This document shows positions 9,435 through 18,955 of a stretch of DNA of 64,000 nucleotides, piece by piece. The stretch's first letter is position 1. Each line of letters begins with the position of its first letter. Location: positions 27,759-91,758 of the forward strand of contig JALVJO010000057.1 of the NCBI GenBank assembly GCA_027028245.1, in the 5' to 3' direction. The notes under the pieces are model-generated. The model ran no database searches. It had not been told where the DNA came from and worked only from the letters and a program-made list of their open reading frames with translations. The DNA comes from Deltaproteobacteria bacterium. Its GTDB lineage: Bacteria; Desulfobacterota; Dissulfuribacteria; Dissulfuribacterales; QOAL01. Position numbers and translations under genes: made by a program.

Positions 9435-11864
9435 CTAACTGATACCCAGTTCCTTTTCCTTTTCTGCCACGAGCAGCCTTGTCTTCACTGCAGTATCAGG
9501 GGTGAGACTCATGGAATCAATTCCGCATTCAACAAGAAAGGCGGCAAAATCCGGGAAATCGCTTGGTGCCTGGCCGCAAATGCCGATCTTTCTTTTTTGT
9601 TCCTTTGCGGTGTTGATCACCTGGCGGATAAGCCTCTTAACTGCCTCGTTTCTCTCGTCATATATGTGGGAGACAAGCTCGGAGTCACGATCGAGGCCGA
9701 GGGTCAGCTGGGTGAGGTCATTTGAGCCGATGGAAAAGCCGTCAAACACCTTTGAAAATTCATCGGCCAGGACCACGTTGCTGGGTATTTCACACATGAC
9801 ATAGATTTCGAGCCCATTTTCTCCCTGCTTCAGGCCGTACTTTTGCATAATGTCTATTACCTTCTTACCCTCTTCCACGGTCCGGCAGAAGGGGATCATG
9901 CTCTTGACATTGGAAAGGCCCATCTCATCCCTGGCCTTCTTGAAGGCCTTGCATTCCAGGGCAAAGGCTGGTTCAAAATTCGGTGCATAGTAACGGGATG
10001 CACCCCTCCAGCCGATCATGGGATTATGCTCTTCCGGTTCGTAAAGCTGTCCGCCGATCAGGTTTGCATATTCGTTGCTCTTGAAGTCGGACATGCGGAC
10101 AATTACATCCTTGGGATAGAATCCGGCGGCTATCATGGCTATGCCCTGAGCCAGCTTGTCCACGAAGAACTCTGCCTTGTCGTCATAGGCAGCCGTTTTT
10201 TCCTCTATGGCATCTACGATCTCCTTGATACTTTGGTCAGAGGCTGCCTTTGATTTCAGCTCCTGGTAATTCAGAAGTGCCAGGGGATGAATGCCGATAT
10301 GGGAGTTTATGATGAATTCCAGCCTTGCCAGCCCGACGCCGTCGTTTGGTATCTGTCCCTGGTCAAAGGCCTGTTCAGGAATACCCACATTCATCATGAT
10401 CATGGTCTTTGTCTTGGGTACGTTGGAAAAGTCGATCCTGTCCACCTCGTATTTAAGAAGGCCCCGGTATACCTTTCCTTCTTCACCCTCGGCACAGGAC
10501 ACGGTTACATCCTCGCCGCTGGTTATGGCCTCTGTACCGTTTTCGGTGCCGACCACGCAGGGTATGCCCATCTCACGGGAAATAATGGCAGCGTGACAGG
10601 TTCTTCCTCCCCTGTTGGTAACTATTGCCGAGGCCACCTTCATTATGGGCTCCCAGTCCGGATCTGTCATGTCAGTGACCAGGACTTCGCCTGCATTGAA
10701 ATCTGTAATCTCACTGACATCCTTTATCACATGGGCCTTGCCCTGGCCGATCTTGCTCCCCACTGCCTTACCGGTAGCCAGAACTTCTCCCTTTTCCAGG
10801 AGCTTGTATGTCTCCATGTAATTGGTGTCCTTCTGGGAATGAACAGTCTCTGGCCTGGCCTGTACAATAAAAAGCCCTCCTGTACCCACCTTTTCTCCGT
10901 CACCGTCCTTGGCCCACTCGATGTCCATGGCCTTTTTGTAGTGCTCTTCTATGATGCAGGCCCATTTTGCCAGCTGTAGAATCTCGTCATCGGAAAGGAC
11001 ATATCTGCGGCGTTCTTCCGGCGATGTTTCAACATTCTTGACAGGCTCGTTGGGATCAGCGGTATAGATCATCCGGTGCTGCTTGAGCCCCAGACGTTTG
11101 CTGACGATGGGCCGGAAACCCTTTTTCAAGGTGGGCTTGAAGACGTAAAATTCATCCGGATTGACTGCTCCCTGGACCACGTTTTCCCCGAGCCCCCAGG
11201 CCCCGGTGATGTAGACCACGTCTTCAAAGCCGCTTTCGGTGTCTATGGTGAACATGACTCCCGAGCTGGCGCTGTCACTTCTGACCATCTTTTGAACTGC
11301 AATGGACAAATACACGTCAAAATGACCAAAACCCTTATCATGCCTGTAGGAGATGGCCCTGTCGGTAAATAGGCTTGCAAAGCATTTGTGACATGCCTCT
11401 ATCAGGGCGTCTGTGCCGGTGATATTAAGAAAAGTCTCCTGTTGACCTGCAAAGGATGCATCCGGAAGGTCCTCGGCTGTTGCCGATGAGCGTACAGCCA
11501 CGTCCACGTTTTCATAGTATTCCTGTTCCATCTGGGCATATGCCTTCTTGATGGCCTCTTCCAGATCTTCAGGAAACTTGGCATTGAGGATGATTTCTCT
11601 GACCTTTTTGCCCCTTTCCCTCAGGTTGTGTATATCACTGGTATCAAGGCCCTCCAGGGCATCACGGACAGCCTGTTCGATACCTGCTTCCTTGAGGAGA
11701 TGTTTATAGGCCTCAGCAGTGATAGCAAACCCGTTTGGTACCTGAACTCCCTTGCTGGAAAGATGCTGATACATCTCACCAAGAGAAGCATTTTTTCCTC
11801 CAACCAGAGGGACATCCTCAATCCCGATCTCCTTAAACCATAGAATGAATGGTTTATCACTCAT
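9435..11864 (-). CDS. ppsA: Phosphoenolpyruvate synthase (pyruvate, water dikinase)
   Basis: About 809 aa. Motifs VGGKNASLGEM, phosphohistidine loop TNRGGRTCHAAIISREMGIP, and a C-terminal PEP-utilising domain. AAGGAGG lies 9 nt upstream of the ATG at 11864; the ORF-track TTG at 11873 abuts the SD. Confidence 0.95.
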   Translation of the reverse strand: MSDKPFILWFKEIGIEDVPLVGGKNASLGEMYQHLSSKGVQVPNGFAITAEAYKHLLKEAGIEQAVRDALEGLDTSDIHNLRERGKKVREIILNAKFPEDLEEAIKKAYAQMEQEYYENVDVAVRSSATAEDLPDASFAGQQETFLNITGTDALIEACHKCFASLFTDRAISYRHDKGFGHFDVYLSIAVQKMVRSDSASSGVMFTIDTESGFEDVVYITGAWGLGENVVQGAVNPDEFYVFKPTLKKGFRPIVSKRLGLKQHRMIYTADPNEPVKNVETSPEERRRYVLSDDEILQLAKWACIIEEHYKKAMDIEWAKDGDGEKVGTGGLFIVQARPETVHSQKDTNYMETYKLLEKGEVLATGKAVGSKIGQGKAHVIKDVSEITDFNAGEVLVTDMTDPDWEPIMKVASAIVTNRGGRTCHAAIISREMGIPCVVGTENGTEAITSGEDVTVSCAEGEEGKVYRGLLKYEVDRIDFSNVPKTKTMIMMNVGIPEQAFDQGQIPNDGVGLARLEFIINSHIGIHPLALLNYQELKSKAASDQSIKEIVDAIEEKTAAYDDKAEFFVDKLAQGIAMIAAGFYPKDVIVRMSDFKSNEYANLIGGQLYEPEEHNPMIGWRGASRYYAPNFEPAFALECKAFKKARDEMGLSNVKSMIPFCRTVEEGKKVIDIMQKYGLKQGENGLEIYVMCEIPSNVVLADEFSKVFDGFSIGSNDLTQLTLGLDRDSELVSHIYDERNEAVKRLIRQVINTAKEQKRKIGICGQAPSDFPDFAAFLVECGIDSMSLTPDTAVKTRLLVAEKEKELGIS

Positions 11865-11895
11865 CACCGACAACCTCCTTGAATTTTAATAACTT

Positions 11896-11945
11896 TATAA
11901 AATAAAAGGCCGCCCGAGCATGATCCTTGCTGCTCCAGACGGCCT
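11896..11945 (-). terminator. Terminator-like hairpin plus U tract inside the ppsA 5' leader (possible attenuator or end of an upstream RNA)
   Basis: The minus-strand RNA reads AGGCCG-ucug-GAGCA-gcaaggauca-UGCUC-ggg-CGGCCU followed by UUUUAUUUUAU. It ends about 30 nt before the ppsA Shine-Dalgarno. Confidence 0.5.
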
Positions 11946-12415
11946 CTTCGCAACCTAAGTAAGACACTGCGCTTGTACCAGACACTGAACTCCCTTCTCC
12001 ACTGATTGAGATCCGGTTGTCAGAACTGCTGATACTTTTCACACTTTTCCTCTGAGGCCCCGGTTTCATTAAGATATTACTTGAAGACCTCTGTTTTCAG
12101 AAACACTTGAGCCTGTCCCGCAAACCCAAAAATGATCACAATTGCCACTATATCTTGTGGTAACCAATGATATTCGGTCATATTTAATTTGATAACCTAA
12201 AAAAATCCATGTTTACGGGACAGACTCAAATCGCCTGCCGGCTGACAAGGCAAAAGCCCCTGAAAAACACTATTGATACCCATTAAACTATCAACGTTTT
12301 CAACATTTGGCAACAGCCCCGCAGAGGTGCACGTAGAACCCCTTGATCCGTGCCTGGCTTGACGAGACGAAAAGATTTTACCGACAGCAGGCGCGAGGCC
12401 CAAGTTCTTTCCATT

Positions 12416-13864
12416 TCAGAGTTTCCCCAGTTCTGCCGTACTTATCCTTCTTCCTTTTTTCCTGAATTCCTCCACCTCAAGCCCGTGTTTTTCTATGAGC
12501 TTATACAGATCCGCCCTGTAATATCCGGCAAGTTTTGCCGCGGCACTGATATTGCCCTTGGTAAATCGCAGAAGATCTTCAAGGTATTTCCTGGTGAATT
12601 CAAACCTAGCATCTTTCAAGGGCACGAACGAAGAACTCCTGGAAAAATCTGCCAGGGGCGTATTGGCCAGAAGCTCCTTGTTTATCACCTCACCCTGGCA
12701 GGTCGCCGCCAGGAAGTCCACAAGGTTCTCAAGCTCCCGGACGTTTCCCGGCCAGTCGTATCTCTTGAGTGCCTCAAGCACATCTTCGTCTATCCAGTTT
12801 ATCTGCTTTTTCATCTTTTTAAGGGCTGGACCAAGAAAATGACCGAAAAGGACAGGAATATCTTCCCTCCTTTCCCTTAGAGAAGGCATTACCAGAGGAA
12901 CCACGTGGATCCTGTAAAAAAGATCTTCCCTGAATGTGCCTTGAGCCACCATTTTCTTCAGGTCCCTCTTGGTTGCAACTATGAGCCGCACGTCAACCTT
13001 TCTTATCCTGTCGCTTCCCAGGGGCTTGACCTCACCTGTCTCTATGACCCTCAGGAGTTTGGCCTGCATGGATTCGGCCATTTCCCCCACCTCGTCCAGG
13101 AAGAGCGTTCCCTTGTCTGCAGAGGCGAAAACACCGTTTTTGGATGTAACGGCCGATGTGAAGGCGCCGCGGACATGGCCGAAGAGCTCATCTTCCAGCA
13201 TGGTTTCAGGAATCGCAGCACAGTTTACTGCCACAAAAGGCCCCTTGCTTCGGCTGCTGTAAAGGTGGATTGCCTGTGCTACAAGCTCCTTACCCGTACC
13301 TGATTCTCCGAATATGCTGACCGTAATGTCCGTGGGTGCCACCTGAAGAATCTGCTTGAAAACCGCCTTCATCCTGGCACTCTTGCCGATAATACCGGCA
13401 AATTCGTGCTGTCCCTCGAGAAGCCCCTCAAAATCATGTATCTTTCTCAGCAGAATCCTTTTTTCAAGTGCCTGTTCAATCTTGATTTCGAGTTCCTGAT
13501 GATCCACCGGCTTTGTAACATAGGAGAAGGCACCGGCTCTAATGGCTTCTACCGCCTGCTCTATGGTGCCGTAGGCCGTAAATATTATTGTCTGGAGGTA
13601 TGGATTTATCTCAAGACACTTCTGCATCAAATCCTGGCCGGAGAGATTCTCCATCCTCTGATCAGTGATGAGCAGCTCGATATCCTGCCTGTCAGAAAAT
13701 ATTTCCAGGGCCTCTAAAGGATCCGTGGTGGCAGTTACCTGGTAACCAAGCAGTTCCAGGCGCATCTTCATAACCTCTAGGATGGCCTGCTCGTCATCGA
13801 CCAGGAGGATCCTGGCACTGGTACGGGAAACACCCGGGTTTTCGGTTGCCTCGGTTTTTTGCAT
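12416..13864 (-). CDS. Sigma-54-dependent response regulator (NtrC family)
   Basis: Receiver domain (ILLVDDEQA, LITDQRMENLSG). AAA+ domain with GESGTGKE, a GAFTSA variant loop and LFLDEVGE. C-terminal HTH. Confidence 0.9.
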   Translation of the reverse strand: MQKTEATENPGVSRTSARILLVDDEQAILEVMKMRLELLGYQVTATTDPLEALEIFSDRQDIELLITDQRMENLSGQDLMQKCLEINPYLQTIIFTAYGTIEQAVEAIRAGAFSYVTKPVDHQELEIKIEQALEKRILLRKIHDFEGLLEGQHEFAGIIGKSARMKAVFKQILQVAPTDITVSIFGESGTGKELVAQAIHLYSSRSKGPFVAVNCAAIPETMLEDELFGHVRGAFTSAVTSKNGVFASADKGTLFLDEVGEMAESMQAKLLRVIETGEVKPLGSDRIRKVDVRLIVATKRDLKKMVAQGTFREDLFYRIHVVPLVMPSLRERREDIPVLFGHFLGPALKKMKKQINWIDEDVLEALKRYDWPGNVRELENLVDFLAATCQGEVINKELLANTPLADFSRSSSFVPLKDARFEFTRKYLEDLLRFTKGNISAAAKLAGYYRADLYKLIEKHGLEVEEFRKKGRRISTAELGKL

Positions 13865-13939
13865 GAAAGATTAACCTTTTGCTGATATGATGGAATTATT
13901 ATTTTGCTTCAAAATGGAAGAGCGTATGATGTCCTGAAG

Positions 13940-15445
13940 ATGAAATTCTTTTCCTTTTTCAGTCTATATCAAAAACTCCTGGCAGGCTATTTATTTTTAC
14001 TGGCCATACTCATCCTGCCATGTCTGTTTTCCATTTATTCCATTTATAAAATAGAGGCAACAGTTTCCACGTTTTTTAAGCGAACCCTGGAGCTTTCATC
14101 GTCCATCGAATATGCAAAAAACCTGGTTCCGTCCCTGGAAGCAGAAGCAAGGCGGCTGATAATACTTCACAAGGAAGACTCCCTGAAGGCGGTAAAACCC
14201 CTTATAGCAGACCTGGAGCACAGGATAGATCCCCTTGCTGTTTCAGACCCTCCTGACCTGGAAAATAATTTCAAGGAGTTCAGAAATACGCTTGCCATGC
14301 TCAAGTTTCTGGTTTCACAGCCGGACATCCTGAAGGAACACCAAACCGGAACTCAGGGCGTCGATATTACCGACGAGGCCAGGGAACAGGAAATAAAGGG
14401 CCTTACTTACCACCTGATGGAGCTGCTCAAAGAGGCTGAGGCAATACAAAAAAGATCCCTTGAACAAAAATCCCGTGAAAGTGCAGAAATCATATCACAG
14501 GTAAAAAACGGCACCCTTCTCCTGCTCCTTCTTGCGACCATAGTTGCCCTTACAGTGCCATGGGCATTGTACATCTACATAAAGAGGCCTTTGGGATTTC
14601 TTCAAAAAGGCATCCACGCCATAAGCAAGGGGGATTTTGATCATCAGATCCCTGTGGTAAGCCGGGATGAACTTGGCGAACTGGCCGATTCCTTCAATCA
14701 TATGGCACATAGCCTCAAGGAACTTGACACCCTTAAATCAGACTTCATAGCAGTTGCCAGCCATGAGCTGAAAACCCCCCTGGCTGCCATGATGGAAGCC
14801 TCCAAGCTCCTGGGAGAACCCCAGATCGGACACCTCAATGAGAGACAGAAAAAGCTGGTAACAGTTCTCAACACCAGCATGACCAGATTCAAGACACTTG
14901 TGGAAGAACTGCTGGATCTTTCCAAGATGCAGGCCGGGCTCGTCAGCCTGGGAAAGGACAATGTAGACATAAGGGAAGTGGTGGACTCTGCAGTAAAGGA
15001 ATTCAGCCCCATTGCCGCTGCCAAAAACGTCAGCATTTTAACAGAGTATCCGGAAAGGGATATTCACATCGAAGCCGACGGCAAAAGACTGAAACGGGCC
15101 CTGATCAATCTCCTGGACAATGCCTTGAATTTCACAGATAAAGGCAGAGACATAAAGGTCGTTGTCCAAAATGCTGACGGCAAAAGGGGAAGAAAACTCC
15201 AGATAATCGTGGTAGATGCCGGCCCGGGAATCCACAAGGCTGAACAGAAACAAGTCTTCGAAAAGTTTTATCAGTCCAGGATAACCCCCAGACAGAGCGG
15301 AAGTGGTCTGGGGCTTACCATTGCCAGGCAGATAATAACTGCCCACGGAGGTGAAATTTGGATACAAAGTCCGCCGGAAACGAAATACGCCCTGGAAGAA
15401 GGTACTGGTACTGCTGTTTTTGTACAGTTGCCCTTTCAGCCCTGA
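13940..15445 (+). CDS. Sensor histidine kinase with HAMP domain
   Basis: Two TM segments and a HAMP region (GDFDHQIPVVSRDELGELADSFNHM). H-box VASHELKTPLAAM, N box LLDNALNF, G boxes DAGPGI and GSGLGLTIA. Divergent from the adjacent EBP gene. ATG 13940 is preferred over TTG 13904. Confidence 0.9.
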   Translation: MKFFSFFSLYQKLLAGYLFLLAILILPCLFSIYSIYKIEATVSTFFKRTLELSSSIEYAKNLVPSLEAEARRLIILHKEDSLKAVKPLIADLEHRIDPLAVSDPPDLENNFKEFRNTLAMLKFLVSQPDILKEHQTGTQGVDITDEAREQEIKGLTYHLMELLKEAEAIQKRSLEQKSRESAEIISQVKNGTLLLLLLATIVALTVPWALYIYIKRPLGFLQKGIHAISKGDFDHQIPVVSRDELGELADSFNHMAHSLKELDTLKSDFIAVASHELKTPLAAMMEASKLLGEPQIGHLNERQKKLVTVLNTSMTRFKTLVEELLDLSKMQAGLVSLGKDNVDIREVVDSAVKEFSPIAAAKNVSILTEYPERDIHIEADGKRLKRALINLLDNALNFTDKGRDIKVVVQNADGKRGRKLQIIVVDAGPGIHKAEQKQVFEKFYQSRITPRQSGSGLGLTIARQIITAHGGEIWIQSPPETKYALEEGTGTAVFVQLPFQP

Positions 15446-15903
15446 CCATTCTTGCCGGATGTGCAGCTCTTATGGAGCAGAAGGATCAGTGCGCAGAACA
15501 GGTAAATCCGGTCCTGGAAGAGGCAAGGACCTATATGCTGGAAGGCGACCAAGACCTTGCTGTTGAAGCCCTCAAGGAGGAAATGGCCAACGGAACAGAT
15601 AGGTGTGCTGCGGCATTTTACCTGTTTTTCCTGGATCCTGCCGGCAACGAATACCTGGATACGCTCACAAGACCTGTCTGTGCTGGAAAATACCCACTTA
15701 ACAACGAAATTATCCAGAGGTACCTGGCCCTTGGAAGCAAGCTGGAAAAATGCACCAAGGATCGAAGACTCCTGAGGAAAAAGATCTCTGCCATGTCAGC
15801 AAAACTCAAAAAGGTGGAGACAGAAAAGAAAAAACTGGGCTTCGAGCTGAAAAAACTCGAGCAAATAAGAAGGGAGACAGAAAACCTCAGGCTCCATAAA
15901 TAA
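15358..15903 (+). CDS. Hypothetical lipoprotein with C-terminal coiled coil
   Basis: The N-terminus has a basic region, a hydrophobic stretch and lipobox LAGC. The C-terminal third is Lys/Glu-rich heptad-like (KLKKVETEKKKLGFELKKLEQIRRE). The start is uncertain: ATG 15358 overlaps the kinase gene by 88 nt. Confidence 0.55.
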   Translation: MDTKSAGNEIRPGRRYWYCCFCTVALSALTILAGCAALMEQKDQCAEQVNPVLEEARTYMLEGDQDLAVEALKEEMANGTDRCAAAFYLFFLDPAGNEYLDTLTRPVCAGKYPLNNEIIQRYLALGSKLEKCTKDRRLLRKKISAMSAKLKKVETEKKKLGFELKKLEQIRRETENLRLHK

Positions 15904-16018
15904 ACCTGGCGGCTTCTGAAAAATGGTTTTTTTTCGTGAATCTTTGGCCTTATGGTGCCCTGGATGCTTTATGATGATTCCTCCTCTACTCTTTATTTGA
16001 TTCAGCTTTGGTCAATAT

Positions 16019-16645
16019 ATGGCAAGAACAAGACCCTTTGACCTGTTCCCCGAAAGGTACGATGCCTGGTTCCAAAGACACCGGGACCTTTATCTTCTGG
16101 AGATAGAAGCAGTGCGGCTTCTTTTTCCTGAAAAGGGCAGGGCTGTTGAAATAGGGGTGGGTTCTGGAAAATTTGCAATCCCCTTGAAGATAGATATTGG
16201 AGTAGAGCCTTCTGAAAAAATGGCACGGCGTGCAAAAAAGGCGGGAATACAGGTAGTGTCAGGCACTGCAGAGGCACTTCCCCTGAAAACCAGATGCGCC
16301 GACACAGCGGTTATGATCACCACCATCTGCTTCGTAGATGACCCCGTCATTTCCATAAAGGAGGCCGGCAGGATACTGAGGCCTGGAGGATACATTCTCG
16401 TGGGCCTCGTGGACAAAGACAGCAGCCTTGGCAGAAGATACCTTGCCAGAAAAGACTCAAGTGTGTTTTACAAGGAGGCCACCTTCTATTCTGCCCATGA
16501 AGTGCTGGCTTTTTTGAAGCTGGCTGGCTTTTTGAATTTCAGGGCAGTCCAGACCATCCTCCCGGGTGACACCCATTGCTCAAGGATAGAAGAGGGTTTT
16601 GGATCCGGGGGGTTCGTGGTGATAAGGGCAGAAAAACCCGTGTAG
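16019..16645 (+). CDS. Class I SAM-dependent methyltransferase
   Basis: 208 aa. SAM-binding motif I VEIGVGSGKFA and post-I/II motifs (LRPGGYILV). Confidence 0.8.
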   Translation: MARTRPFDLFPERYDAWFQRHRDLYLLEIEAVRLLFPEKGRAVEIGVGSGKFAIPLKIDIGVEPSEKMARRAKKAGIQVVSGTAEALPLKTRCADTAVMITTICFVDDPVISIKEAGRILRPGGYILVGLVDKDSSLGRRYLARKDSSVFYKEATFYSAHEVLAFLKLAGFLNFRAVQTILPGDTHCSRIEEGFGSGGFVVIRAEKPV

Positions 16646-16747
16646 TCTCAAAATCATTTTTCCGATGTATCAGCCACATGCTGCCTTCCACATATCCTTC
16701 AGAAGAACTCACCTGGGGAAAATATAGCATTTTCCAACAGGTCTCTC

Positions 16748-16776
16748 TTGACATTTGATCAAGATTAATTTAGAAA
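16748..16776 (+). promoter_or_regulatory. Putative sigma-70 promoter of rplM-rpsI
   Basis: Perfect -35 TTGACA (16748..16753), 17-nt spacer, -10 TAGAAA (16771..16776), about 60 nt upstream of the rplM ATG. Confidence 0.5.
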
Positions 16777-16835
16777 TCCGGATGCCCTGAAAAAGGGCCA
16801 ATGATATACCTGTGCGAAAAACAAGGAGCTTAAAA

Positions 16836-17273
16836 ATGAAAACCCCGCTTCCAAAGGTCAACGAGATCCAGAAGAAGTGGTTTGTTGTGGATGCATCTGG
16901 AAAGGTGCTGGGTCGACTGGCCACTCAACTTGCCACGAGGCTCAGGGGAAAACATCGCCCTGATTTTACGCCTCACCTGGACACCGGTGACTTTATTATA
17001 GTCGTAAATGCTGAAAAGGTGAAACTCACCGGTTCCAAGCTGGACCAGAAGCTGTATCACCGCCACTCAGGCTATCTCGGAGGGCTTAAATCCGTGAATG
17101 CCCGCACCATGCTGGAAAAGAAGCCGGAAGATGTAATCCGCCTTGCAGTAAAGCGCATGATGCCCAAGAACAAACTTGCCAGGCAGCAGATGAAAAAGCT
17201 GAAGATTTACAAGGGCAGCAATCATCCCCACCAGGCCCAGATGCCCGAACCCCTTGAGATAGTCACAAGATAA
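16836..17273 (+). CDS. rplM: 50S ribosomal protein L13
   Basis: 145 aa from [20 protein letters not shown]. Typical L13 sequence, followed by rpsI. Confidence 0.95.
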   Translation: MKTPLPKVNEIQKKWFVVDASGKVLGRLATQLATRLRGKHRPDFTPHLDTGDFIIVVNAEKVKLTGSKLDQKLYHRHSGYLGGLKSVNARTMLEKKPEDVIRLAVKRMMPKNKLARQQMKKLKIYKGSNHPHQAQMPEPLEIVTR

Positions 17274-17290
17274 ACAAGGAATTTACTGAT

Positions 17291-17677
17291 ATGGACAAAG
17301 TATACGCCACAGGAAAAAGAAAAAGCGCTGTTGCCAGGGTGTGGATCATGCCTGGTACCGGCAAGGTAACCGTTAACGGTAGAGACTTCGATGAATACTT
17401 CGACATGGAGACGGCCAGGCTGGTAATAAACCAGCCCTTTGAAGTCACCAACACCCTTGGAAAAATCGATGTGTTTGCCACACTCAAAGGCGGAGGCAAG
17501 ACGGGCCAGTCAGAGGCATTAAGACACGGGATTGCAAGGGCCCTGCAGACCATGGACCCTGATCTCAGGGTCAGCCTGAAGAAGGCTGGACTCCTTACCA
17601 GGGATGCCAGGGTAAAGGAAAGGAAAAAATACGGCCTTGCAGGAGCCAGAAAGAGATACCAGTACTCAAAGCGCTAA
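17291..17677 (+). CDS. rpsI: 30S ribosomal protein S9
   Basis: 128 aa, [10 protein letters not shown] motif, C-terminal KRYQYSKR. Confidence 0.95.
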   Translation: MDKVYATGKRKSAVARVWIMPGTGKVTVNGRDFDEYFDMETARLVINQPFEVTNTLGKIDVFATLKGGGKTGQSEALRHGIARALQTMDPDLRVSLKKAGLLTRDARVKERKKYGLAGARKRYQYSKR

Positions 17678-17710
17678 TTCGAACTTTTTCAGTTCGATCT
17701 CTATATTCCC

Positions 17711-17740
17711 GGGAAGGCTGCTGCCTTCCCTTTTTTATTT
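17711..17740 (+). terminator. Intrinsic terminator after rpsI
   Basis: GGGAAGGC-tgct-GCCTTCCC followed by TTTTTTATTT. Confidence 0.8.
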
Positions 17741-17838
17741 TACATACAGGACTGGAATCATTCGGATTGTTCGGGTCCAGCGGTATTTATTCAGCCTGTT
17801 CAACTTAACGGATCATTAATAATAGCGGGGGCAAGATT

Positions 17839-18879
17839 ATGACTGTCAAAATCGGCATCTTAGGAGGTTCAGGATATACGGGGGTCGAACTTTTGAGAAT
17901 TCTTTTAACCCATCCTGAAACGGAAACAACTGTTATTACATCCAGAAAATATGCCGGCCGCAGGGTGTCCAGTGTCTTTCCATCCATGTCCGGCATGACC
18001 AGCCTTTCCTTCACAGACCCGGACATGGCAGAAATGGCATCGGCTGCAGATGTGATATTTACCTGTGTCCCCCACCAAACTGCCATGAACGTGGTCCCCT
18101 TCCTTCTGAAACACGGCAAAAGAGTCATTGATCTTTCTGCAGATTTCAGGCTCAGAGATAGAAAAGTCTATGAAAAATGGTATCAGGAACACTGCGCGCC
18201 TGAATTTCTCAAGGAGGCGGTCTACGGCCTTCCAGAGCTTTACCGCGAAAAGATAAGCCGCGCCAGACTAATAGCAAATCCAGGCTGTTATCCTACCAGC
18301 TGCATCCTGCCTCTTGTTCCGCTCCTCAAGGCGGGCCTGATAAAGCCCCAGGACATAATCATTGATTCCAAATCGGGGGCTAGCGGAGCAGGACGGGGGG
18401 CATCGACTGCAACGCTTTTTTGCGAGGTAAATGAAGGATTCAAGGCATACAAGGTTGCAGAGCACCGTCATACTCCAGAAATAGAACAGGAGCTTTCTGC
18501 TGCATCGGGAACAAAGGTCCTGATAAACTTCACGCCCCACCTGGTCCCAATGTCCAGGGGCATCCTTTCCACCATATATGCCGTGCCCACCCGGACTTCA
18601 GAGGAAAAGGACCTGAGGACTTGTCTTCGGGAAAGCTACAGATCCTCTCCATTCGTGCAGATATTGGAAAAAGACTCCTTTCCAAACGTATTAAACGTCA
18701 GGGGTACAAATTTCTGCCATATAGGCCTTCGCATAGACGAACGAACGGGAAGGGCAATAATTGTTTCTGCAATTGACAACTTGTGCCGGGGTGCATCTGG
18801 ACAGGCCGTACAGAACATGAATATTATGCTCGGCCTGGAGGAAGGCCTGGGGGTCGGAGCTGCAGCCCTCTATCCCTGA
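17839..18879 (+). CDS. argC: N-acetyl-gamma-glutamyl-phosphate reductase
   Basis: 346 aa. N-terminal GGSGYTGVELLR NAD(P) motif and active-site PGCYPTS. Confidence 0.95.
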   Translation: MTVKIGILGGSGYTGVELLRILLTHPETETTVITSRKYAGRRVSSVFPSMSGMTSLSFTDPDMAEMASAADVIFTCVPHQTAMNVVPFLLKHGKRVIDLSADFRLRDRKVYEKWYQEHCAPEFLKEAVYGLPELYREKISRARLIANPGCYPTSCILPLVPLLKAGLIKPQDIIIDSKSGASGAGRGASTATLFCEVNEGFKAYKVAEHRHTPEIEQELSAASGTKVLINFTPHLVPMSRGILSTIYAVPTRTSEEKDLRTCLRESYRSSPFVQILEKDSFPNVLNVRGTNFCHIGLRIDERTGRAIIVSAIDNLCRGASGQAVQNMNIMLGLEEGLGVGAAALYP

Positions 18880-18896
18880 AAGACAAATCATTTTAA

Positions 18897-18932
18897 CAAG
18901 AAAGGCCCGGTTGAAGAACCGGGCCTTTCTTG
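18897..18932. terminator. Bidirectional hairpin terminator between convergent argC and the cytochrome gene
   Basis: CAAGAAAGGCCCGGTT-gaag-AACCGGGCCTTTCTTG, a 16-bp perfect stem. A U-rich tail follows on the plus strand. Confidence 0.75.
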
Positions 18933-18955
18933 TTTCTGACTTTTGAACGAGGTAG

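Noticed and set aside
12308-12323. Plus-strand TGGCAACAGCCCCGCA with correct -24/-12 spacing
   Set aside because: It points into the 3' end of the minus-strand EBP gene with no plus-strand gene downstream. It could only drive an antisense RNA, and the match is most simply chance.
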